Source: a virus
Lineage: Duplodnaviria; Caudoviricetes
Strand: one strand, 5' to 3'
IMG/VR virus record: IMGVR_UViG_3300032024_000318
Span: 1 to 27,954 of that record
Length of the DNA: 27,954 nt
Each line of letters opens with the position of its first letter. Within the stretch, counting starts at the first letter, position 1. The position numbers and the translations under genes are program-made. The notes under the pieces are model-generated. The model had not been told where the DNA came from, did not search any database, and saw only the letters and a list, made by a program, of their open reading frames with translations. Below, in pieces: positions 7,968 through 14,901 of this stretch.

Positions 7968-8083
7968 TACGTAAATTTTTAAATGTTGTGGCCAAAGCTT
8001 TTGCAATCTTTTTGATCGTGATATTTTTTATTGGATTTGCAAAAATCGTTTTTGAATTGATTGTAAACCCAAAACAATTCTGA
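7964..8083 (+). CDS. 39-aa single-TM peptide (not in ORF track)
   Basis: MIRKFLNVVAKAFAIFLIVIFFIGFAKIVFELIVNPKQF; overlapping start/stop at both ends. Confidence 0.6.
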   Translation: MIRKFLNVVAKAFAIFLIVIFFIGFAKIVFELIVNPKQF

Positions 8084-8217
8084 TGGTTACACTCTCTAAT
8101 TGTGCGCACGCGCACGCGACAATACACGTTGTGTACAGCTGTGTGACCTGTGAGGTCACAGAGACAGTATGCCGGACATGCCGGGAGGTTTTGGAAACTA
8201 AAAATGACACATTATGA
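8083..8217 (+). CDS. 44-aa Cys-rich zinc-finger-like peptide (not in ORF track)
   Basis: CAH...CVTC...CRTC; TGATG and ATGA overlaps at both ends. Confidence 0.6.
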   Translation: MVTLSNCAHAHATIHVVYSCVTCEVTETVCRTCREVLETKNDTL

Positions 8218-8546
8218 AGATAACATTGAAATTGACACCTGACGAGGTGTTTGCCACCGTTAAATTATTAAGGTGCATGAAGGAAACATTTCCGAACACG
8301 CGCGAGAAACGTGCTGCCGTTTCAATCTGGAACTGCACGCAAAAAAAGTTTGAAAAAGTGGCCGAAACATTGATAAGCAACGGAGAGGTGTTTAGCAGAA
8401 AAAACAGAAAAAATATATCATTAGATGTGCATGAGTGTATTTTCGTATCTGATTTGGTAAGGATATCTCTACCAGCCATAAATGATCAGTTGAGCAGGGT
8501 GTTGCTCCGGTCCATTGCCGACGAAATCGACCAAAAACTTGCATGA
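8214..8546 (+). CDS. Hypothetical protein
   Basis: Translationally coupled ORF. Confidence 0.75.
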   Translation: MKITLKLTPDEVFATVKLLRCMKETFPNTREKRAAVSIWNCTQKKFEKVAETLISNGEVFSRKNRKNISLDVHECIFVSDLVRISLPAINDQLSRVLLRSIADEIDQKLA

Positions 8547-9004
8547 TGGAACAGCTTACGACTTATCGGGCAAAAGGAAAGGACATCGGACTTGTCTTCT
8601 TGTTTAAATACGATTTAAACGGCCATTTAAAGGCATTTGAAATATCGGAAGGGCAATTGAACGGCGCGCAGATGAAGTGGCTCTTTGCCGACGCGAACTT
8701 CCCCGCCCAGGAGAGCCTGATGACATCACTTTGGATGAAAGACCCTCGCTACTTGAAGATATTTGAGATCGACCGGTCGCCGGCCAATCTTTCGTTTGAT
8801 GCACTATGGAATCTCTATGATCACAAAATGAAGCGGTACGAAAGCGTGGTGAAATTTGCGAAACTCAAAGAGGCCGACGTAATTCGATGTTTCATAGCGG
8901 TACCAGAGTATAAAAAATATCTCGTTCGCACAGGGGTGGCGCAGACTAACTTGGCTAAGTTCATACACCAAAGGTATTTTTTAGATGATTGGTCAAATGT
9001 CTGA
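8543..9004 (+). CDS. Hypothetical phage protein
   Basis: Translationally coupled ORF, 153 aa. Confidence 0.8.
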   Translation: MMEQLTTYRAKGKDIGLVFLFKYDLNGHLKAFEISEGQLNGAQMKWLFADANFPAQESLMTSLWMKDPRYLKIFEIDRSPANLSFDALWNLYDHKMKRYESVVKFAKLKEADVIRCFIAVPEYKKYLVRTGVAQTNLAKFIHQRYFLDDWSNV

Positions 9005-9031
9005 ACCGCAACAAGTTATTAATAAAAAAAC

Positions 9032-9340
9032 ATGAAAAACAAACATTTTCAAACTAAAACAAATTTTAATCAAATGAAAAATTTAGAACAGAGAGAGGGC
9101 TTCGCAAACAGGCATACAGACGGCTTGCCTGATCAAAAATGCACGATGAACGTGGTTGTGGGCGGTAACATTTACTTATGTGAATGGAGGCCGTTTGATA
9201 AAAGGCTATATACCGAAACCGGTATGCCCGGAGATGGTTATGTAGGCACAGCAATTATAACTGAGGGCAGATACAAAAGCGTTGCCTTTCATGTGTGGAG
9301 CCAAAACAATGACGAGTTTGTTTGGTATGCGGTCGTCTAA
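9032..9340 (+). CDS. Hypothetical accessory protein
   Basis: ORF with A-rich leader; ends just before an attC-like left arm. Confidence 0.6.
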   Translation: MKNKHFQTKTNFNQMKNLEQREGFANRHTDGLPDQKCTMNVVVGGNIYLCEWRPFDKRLYTETGMPGDGYVGTAIITEGRYKSVAFHVWSQNNDEFVWYAVV

Positions 9341-9463
9341 TTGCGCCCAACATTCCGCAGATTACCGATGGCGGCCGCCCGTGAAGATCATCACAAATGG
9401 CAGGAATTTTACGAAAACGGGCAATTTTGGATTGATGGCGAAATAGCTCTCGTTCCAGAAAGG

Positions 9464-9596
9464 TTAAAACGAATGGTGCTTACCGAAGGGCGGGTTTATA
9501 ATTACAAATGTTAAATTAAGTACAAATGTCAAATAGAATTACAGATGCTCAGGGCTTGCACGTCAGCCCGCCTTTTGGCAAGCACGTGTTACCTGC
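9464..9596 (+). repeat. attC-like imperfect inverted repeat
   Basis: AAC (9468-9470) ... GTGCTTACCGAAGGGCGGG (9476-9494) / CCCGCCTTTTGGCAAGCAC (9567-9585) ... GTT (9588-9590). Confidence 0.55.
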
Positions 9597-10224
9597 TGGC
9601 GTTCGTGTCTTGGTAGCTTGTGAGGAAAGTCAAGCCACAACAATCGAACTGCGAAAACTTGGTTTTGATGCCTGGAGTTGCGACTTACAAGATTGTAGTG
9701 GTGGTCATCCTGAATGGCATATAAAAGGCGATGTTTTGAATGTTTTGAATGATGGCTGGGATATGATGATTGCACACCCGCCCTGTACTTATTTGACAAA
9801 TAGCGGCGTTCGTTGGCTATATAATAAAGATGGAAGCCAAAATAAAGAAAGGTGGCAAAGTTTAAAAGAAGGTGCTGATTTTTTTAAAGCATTACTTAAC
9901 GCTGCTATTCCATTAATAGTAATCGAAAATCCTATACCACACAAATACGCTGTTGAATTGATAGGCAAAAAATATAACCAACTTATTCAACCGTATCAAT
10001 TTGGACACACTGAGAGTAAAGCAACTTGTTTTTGGTTGAAAGGATTACCAAAATTGAAGCCAACAATCGATGTAAAAAATGAATGGAAGCAGTTACCTAA
10101 AAATGAAGGCCAAAGATTACACCATTTGCCGCCTGGACCCGAAAGAGCAAAACTTCGCTCAAAAACATTTCACGGTATTGCACAGGCTATGTCGGAGCAG
10201 TGGGGTTCTTTCGCTTGCAGGTAA
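9526..10224 (+). CDS. Phage C5-cytosine DNA methyltransferase-like protein
   Basis: VLVACEESQ (motif I-like), IAHPPCTYL (catalytic PC), IENP motif, KATCFWLKGLP. Confidence 0.75.
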   Translation: MSNRITDAQGLHVSPPFGKHVLPAGVRVLVACEESQATTIELRKLGFDAWSCDLQDCSGGHPEWHIKGDVLNVLNDGWDMMIAHPPCTYLTNSGVRWLYNKDGSQNKERWQSLKEGADFFKALLNAAIPLIVIENPIPHKYAVELIGKKYNQLIQPYQFGHTESKATCFWLKGLPKLKPTIDVKNEWKQLPKNEGQRLHHLPPGPERAKLRSKTFHGIAQAMSEQWGSFACR

Positions 10225-10296
10225 CTAAAAAGTTTGTTTCTTTTCGTGAAGATGGAACTCTATTGTGAGGTTTTAAGCAATTTTATACATGTTTTT

Positions 10297-10551
10297 ATGA
10301 AAACTGAAAACCCAATCACGGCAAGCTATCTGAAATCTATTGGTTTTAGGCAGTCTCATAGGGATGTTTTGATCGAGACCGGCGACCTCTGCGAAGTTAT
10401 GACGCTAAATAAAGGTAATTTCAGGGTTGACTGTACGTTTACGTATGGTATTGATGACGAAATTAACCTTTTTTTTGAAATAAACGGTGAAATATTGAAT
10501 GGCAAACAGATGACTATAGCGAGGCTGCAAAACTTGATTGCTTTGCTTTGA
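10297..10551 (+). CDS. Hypothetical protein
   Basis: ORF-track frame; ATG at 10297 preferred as start. Confidence 0.6.
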   Translation: MKTENPITASYLKSIGFRQSHRDVLIETGDLCEVMTLNKGNFRVDCTFTYGIDDEINLFFEINGEILNGKQMTIARLQNLIALL

Positions 10552-10790
10552 AAAAATTTATATATTTGAAAATGAAGTATAGACTTTTTATAAAAAAGAT
10601 AGACAAGTCGGAAGAGAGGTATGTCACTGGTCAAAAAGTTGAGCACACGCATCTGATCTGCATTCGAGCCGAAATAAACGGGGATGTTTACGATACTCCC
10701 ATTATTCCGATCGTCCCATCAGAGTTGAAGCTGAGATACACAGAGTTAGTTTCTGAAATATCGATAGAACGGCAGAGGCAAAGCCATTGA
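10548..10790 (+). CDS. Hypothetical protein
   Basis: TTGA overlap with upstream stop. Confidence 0.55.
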   Translation: MKKFIYLKMKYRLFIKKIDKSEERYVTGQKVEHTHLICIRAEINGDVYDTPIIPIVPSELKLRYTELVSEISIERQRQSH

Positions 10791-10839
10791 ATTGCTGGAG
10801 TGGTGCGAAAATAATTTAGAACAAAAAAACAAATAAGTT

Positions 10840-11412
10840 ATGTTGACAATCTTACTCAGTTTAATTATCGCGTTTAGCTACGCGGTTTACATGGCCAAAA
10901 AAACAAAACAACCCGTTGTCATGTATGGGTGCCTGCCAGGAATAGGCATAGCAATTTTAATTGTTGCATTTGTGATGATCCTCACGGGCGGCAATGAAAA
11001 AAAAATTGACTTTAGCGGGGAAGCTTTGAAGCCGGACGTTGTGGTCAAGGATTTCTGCACCTTGAACATAGCTGAACTCGAATCAAAATATGGCAAATCA
11101 ACGGATGATTTTTCAGATCCCAAAACCCGTGTTTATAATTGGACGCTCAATAAGGAAAGCGGCATGAAAGTGATGCTTTTTGAGACTAACGGAAACAGGG
11201 AAGTTGCCCGTTTTTTTAAACTTGATTTAGGCACTTTCTTTTGGGAAGCTTTGGGTTGGGAGTTAGGGAATATAGACACAAATAAGTTTGAACAAGCGGA
11301 CTATGTCCGCAATTTGGGCGGCATCGATGAAGCGGTTTATAAGCACAAATTGGAATTGTTGGACATTAAGCTGAGCGGTGATATTTCTAATTTTGGTAAA
11401 AAAGTACATTGA
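10840..11412 (+). CDS. Membrane-anchored protein (2 N-terminal TM), moron-like
   Basis: Two hydrophobic segments then a soluble domain; followed by terminator. Confidence 0.75.
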   Translation: MLTILLSLIIAFSYAVYMAKKTKQPVVMYGCLPGIGIAILIVAFVMILTGGNEKKIDFSGEALKPDVVVKDFCTLNIAELESKYGKSTDDFSDPKTRVYNWTLNKESGMKVMLFETNGNREVARFFKLDLGTFFWEALGWELGNIDTNKFEQADYVRNLGGIDEAVYKHKLELLDIKLSGDISNFGKKVH

Positions 11413-11442
11413 AAATTCATTATTGTGATTGATTGAGATTAG

Positions 11443-11475
11443 AACCCCCGGTTGGCCTTCCTTCCGGGTTTTTTT
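11443..11475 (+). terminator. Intrinsic terminator
   Basis: CCCGG...CCGGG stem followed by T7. Confidence 0.65.
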
Positions 11476-11529
11476 GTATCCATACCGACCCTTTACTGAA
11501 ATTGGCATAATTTCTGCAACACCCATCTG

Positions 11530-11850
11530 ATGAAGCTCACAGCTCTATTACTGTTAATCTCTTTGGCCGCATATAGCCAAACAGACACTACGTTCCCACG
11601 CAACTTGCAAAAGCCTAATTTAAACGGCTACGAAGAAGGCAGTATTACATTTACCAAAAGCCTGTACGGGCTTAGTTTTGACCGGTATGTGGACAGGGAA
11701 TTGCAGGCAAAGCTCAAGCGGTTTATGTTTTCTAACCGCCACATAGCCTACCGTGGCATTGGCACGTTCACCCTGAAGCTGGCGCGCAAAGACGGGCAAA
11801 TCTACGTGGTGGAACGCGAACGCCCAAGCAAACTCATTTTGCTCGAATAA
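11530..11850 (+). CDS. Secreted protein with Sec signal peptide
   Basis: MKLTALLLLISLAAYS/Q signal peptide with Q at +1. Confidence 0.7.
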   Translation: MKLTALLLLISLAAYSQTDTTFPRNLQKPNLNGYEEGSITFTKSLYGLSFDRYVDRELQAKLKRFMFSNRHIAYRGIGTFTLKLARKDGQIYVVERERPSKLILLE

Positions 11851-12360
11851 CTACAAATCATACTTGAGCGTTCCGGTCAGGTTCAAATCGTTATAATCCC
11901 CGGGTTGGTACTTCGCCGCGGGGTTGTTTCTTCCCCTGAAGCTGCACTCGTAGGTGAGCAGGTAGATGTCCACAATGCTGTCCATCTTGTTAAACCCTTC
12001 CGAAATAATATCCATTTTGCCGGTGGTTTCACTTTCAATTTTTGAAACAACTGCGTCAACGCAGGATATGAAGTCTAAGAATTTCAGCCCTAAGTCGCGG
12101 TTGAGCGAGATGTTGGATGTGTCGCGCAATTGCTCATAGCAGGCATAGACGTTCACAGTTGCTTTTGTCGGCTCTTCGTAGTCGATTTCCCAATCTACAA
12201 GCACAGCAGGCTGTGCAAAGAGCTCGAAATTAGCTTCGTCTTGATCCTGCCCGGCATAGAGGTCGATATAACCCACAGGCGCGAGGCCTTGACCCGTGAA
12301 CGCTGCCTGTGTTTCCGGTTTGGCAAACTCAGCTATTAGTTTTTGATAAAATGCTTTCAT
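11851..12360 (-). CDS. Putative tail terminator (Mu gp37-like)
   Basis: IDLYAGQ...PAVLVDW pattern; directly downstream of gpG-like gene. Confidence 0.55.
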   Translation of the reverse strand: MKAFYQKLIAEFAKPETQAAFTGQGLAPVGYIDLYAGQDQDEANFELFAQPAVLVDWEIDYEEPTKATVNVYACYEQLRDTSNISLNRDLGLKFLDFISCVDAVVSKIESETTGKMDIISEGFNKMDSIVDIYLLTYECSFRGRNNPAAKYQPGDYNDLNLTGTLKYDL

Positions 12361-12854
12361 AGCTTTAGAATATTGGTTATTTCACGTTGTAACAGGCGTT
12401 CTATGCGCCGCAGCAATATGGCCGATTCGCCGACAAACTGGCGTTTCGGGATGCTTGTGTTCATCTTCCGGGCATGCGATTTTACTTTTGTACTCCTACC
12501 TTTGCGCTTACGTGTATGACTACGTACCGACACGGTTTTGGTGATATCTCCACCTTCATTGTGGATGCGCGCATAAGGTACATCGGTTCCTATGGTGACG
12601 GAGTTACGGGTTTGACGCACTTTTCTTATAGATTTTTTTAACCGCCCGGAACCTTTACCAACCATTAAAGAACCGGGAGCTTTACGCTTACGCGGTTTCC
12701 ATTTCTCCCGGGTACGGTCGAGCCAATTCTTTTGCCGGAAGCGCTCCTTTGAGAAATTGACCGCCTCGATGCCTGCAAGTTCCGGGAACTTCACATACAG
12801 CTTTTGCAGCCTGTTGATTTTGGTGATATAGTCTAGGCTTAGCGGCATGATCAA
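12357..12854 (-). CDS. Phage virion morphogenesis protein (Mu gpG-like)
   Basis: WKPRK...GRLKKSI...VPYARIHNEGG...IPKRQFVG. Confidence 0.85.
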   Translation of the reverse strand: MIMPLSLDYITKINRLQKLYVKFPELAGIEAVNFSKERFRQKNWLDRTREKWKPRKRKAPGSLMVGKGSGRLKKSIRKVRQTRNSVTIGTDVPYARIHNEGGDITKTVSVRSHTRKRKGRSTKVKSHARKMNTSIPKRQFVGESAILLRRIERLLQREITNILKL

Positions 12855-14758
12855 CTATTTTCAGCATTAAGGACTACCCGAAGCATAGCTTCTTTAAACC
12901 AGTTTTCCACGTCCTGGAGCGTGAGCCCCTGCCCGGCTTCTTTGGATAGGTTTATGCCACCTTTGTTGAACGAATCGATGTTGATGGTAACGTTCTTAAC
13001 CTGCCCGGCTTGGCCTGCCACTTTGTTGACGTTTTCGCCGGTCGTAGTGGCGCTGGTCTTCTTATCGTCTTTTTTGCCGTCTTTGGACTCAACAAGTTTT
13101 TTCTCATCGGCCTTTAGCTTTTCGGCCTTACTTCTTGCTTCTACTTCACCGGGCGTGACCAATTGATTGGCTTCCCGGAAGGCTTTTACTTTGTCCAAGG
13201 CTTTTTGTGCCAAACCTGTAGGGTCGAACTTTGCGAGCGTTTCGAGCACTTGCTGGATCGGTTTTAGCAGCGCATCGAGCAGTACAAGCCCAAGGCGTTT
13301 GAGCCCGGCTAAGATGCCGCCGTCTTTAAAGGCTTTTTTGATACTCTCCCAATGGTCAAAAATAGACTTAAACGCGCTAATAATTAGCCCTATTGGACCC
13401 ATAAAGAGCAAGAGGCCTGCGCCCCACTCATCGAACTTTTTGACGGCCACCACGATCAGCGAAATAAGCGCGGCGACGGCGATGATAATAATGCTCACAG
13501 GATTGGCACTCATGGCCACATTGACCACCCAAATGGCCGCTGCCAGAGGACCAAGAATACTGATGAATGTGCCGATGAAGGAGATGATGGTATCGAAATT
13601 ATTGAACAAAAACTCCAAAACCGGGTTAATTTTATCTATGAAACCGGCAATTAATGGCAGTATCTTTTCGCCTATTTTTGAAAAGATGGCTTCGAGCCGG
13701 TTGCCCAATATCTCACGCATTTTAGATACATCGCCGTTGGCGTTGTCGAGCGCGGCCTTGAGGCTGAAATTCGTAGAATCAAAAGCATTAAAAGTAGATA
13801 TCATATCCTCTGCCCCTGTCTTTACCTTTGCTAAAGCAGCGCGTAACCCTTCCGGGCCGCCTATCTTATTGATGGCCTCAGTTATTTGCTTTTCGCTCAT
13901 GTTTTTGAACTTTTCGCTGATCTCCACCAATATCTTATCTGCATCCTTCATGTTACCGTTGACATCGAATACGTCTATTTTAAGTTCCTTTTTGATTTCA
14001 TCGGCGCGCTGGCCAAGTCCATCAAAAAAGGTTTTCGTTTGGTTGGCAGCTATGTCTGCATTCTTGCTGATAGAGGTAAACATTGCGAATATCTTGTTCC
14101 CGGTATCTATGCTCTGCCCGGCTGCGCTTGTAGCCCCCGCAAACTCTGTTTGTACCTTGGCCAATTGGTCAAAGGTTGTAATACCTACCTGTACCGTTTT
14201 TGCATTCGACACCAAGAGCTTGTCAATATCGTTGACGCCAAGGCCGAAAGCTTTCATACTTTTTGTTGTGGAGTTCATCGCATCGTTGATATTTGCACCT
14301 GTTGCGAGTGAGAACCGCCCTACTTTTTTAAATATTTCGATAGCATCATCTCCATAAAGGCCTGTGGCACTCTGTAGGTCGAACACGGCGTTGGTAGAGT
14401 CCACGAGGTTTGTACCTATTTCAAAGGAAGCATTGCGTATCTCGTTTCTAAAGCCGTCTAACTCCGCCTTTGACTTGTCTAAATTCATGTTCCGGATGGG
14501 CAGAAAGGCGGCATCGAAGTTTTGGGCGGCATCGATGCTTTTGTTTAAAATTGCAGCAATAGAAATTGTACCGACAATAGCGGCAAACGCCCCGCCAATT
14601 ATTGAAGCAGTTTTAACACCGCCCAAACCAAACCGGTCAAGCTTGCCCTGCATCCTGTCTGTCGCCAGTCCTAATTTGTTTTGGACTTGCTGCAACTTGC
14701 TGTTAAAAAGCTTATCGCTCAGCTGAAGAAGGAGCTCTAATTTTGATTTTGTTGCCAT
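12851..14758 (-). CDS. Tail tape measure protein
   Basis: TP901-type core, Ala-rich helices, ANPVSIII and hydrophobic repeats, 635 aa. Confidence 0.9.
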   Translation of the reverse strand: MATKSKLELLLQLSDKLFNSKLQQVQNKLGLATDRMQGKLDRFGLGGVKTASIIGGAFAAIVGTISIAAILNKSIDAAQNFDAAFLPIRNMNLDKSKAELDGFRNEIRNASFEIGTNLVDSTNAVFDLQSATGLYGDDAIEIFKKVGRFSLATGANINDAMNSTTKSMKAFGLGVNDIDKLLVSNAKTVQVGITTFDQLAKVQTEFAGATSAAGQSIDTGNKIFAMFTSISKNADIAANQTKTFFDGLGQRADEIKKELKIDVFDVNGNMKDADKILVEISEKFKNMSEKQITEAINKIGGPEGLRAALAKVKTGAEDMISTFNAFDSTNFSLKAALDNANGDVSKMREILGNRLEAIFSKIGEKILPLIAGFIDKINPVLEFLFNNFDTIISFIGTFISILGPLAAAIWVVNVAMSANPVSIIIIAVAALISLIVVAVKKFDEWGAGLLLFMGPIGLIISAFKSIFDHWESIKKAFKDGGILAGLKRLGLVLLDALLKPIQQVLETLAKFDPTGLAQKALDKVKAFREANQLVTPGEVEARSKAEKLKADEKKLVESKDGKKDDKKTSATTTGENVNKVAGQAGQVKNVTINIDSFNKGGINLSKEAGQGLTLQDVENWFKEAMLRVVLNAENS

Positions 14759-14781
14759 ATTTAAAAATATTTGTATATTTG
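14752..14781 (+). promoter_or_regulatory. Promoter antisense to the late operon
   Basis: TTG (14752-14754) - 19 nt - TATATTTG (14774-14781). Confidence 0.65.
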
Positions 14782-14784
14782 TAG

Positions 14785-14901
14785 CCCAAAGGGTTTATAA
14801 AACTTACACTAATAGCGGTCACTGAAACAAGGTACACACCGCGAATAGAGCCGGCTCACTGAGTTTACACGGGCTAAGTTTTATAAACCTCTCCTTATTT
14901 T
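14785..14901 (+). ncRNA. Putative structured small RNA convergent on the MuF-nuclease gene
   Basis: 15-bp perfect closing stem GGTTTATAAAACTTA (14792-14806) / TAAGTTTTATAAACC (14875-14889), two internal hairpins, upstream promoter. Confidence 0.6.

Noticed and set aside
8142-8160. Palindrome TGTGACCT-GTG-AGGTCACA
   Set aside because: Single occurrence inside a coding micro-ORF with no adjacent promoter
13167-14357. 396-aa + strand ORF and other antisense ORFs in the track
   Set aside because: Shadow frames of real genes (Ser/Ala/Pro-rich, no motifs, no start context)
14759-14894. Protein immunity gene for the MuF nuclease
   Set aside because: Only 136 bp, no credible ORF; the space is occupied by a promoter and stems
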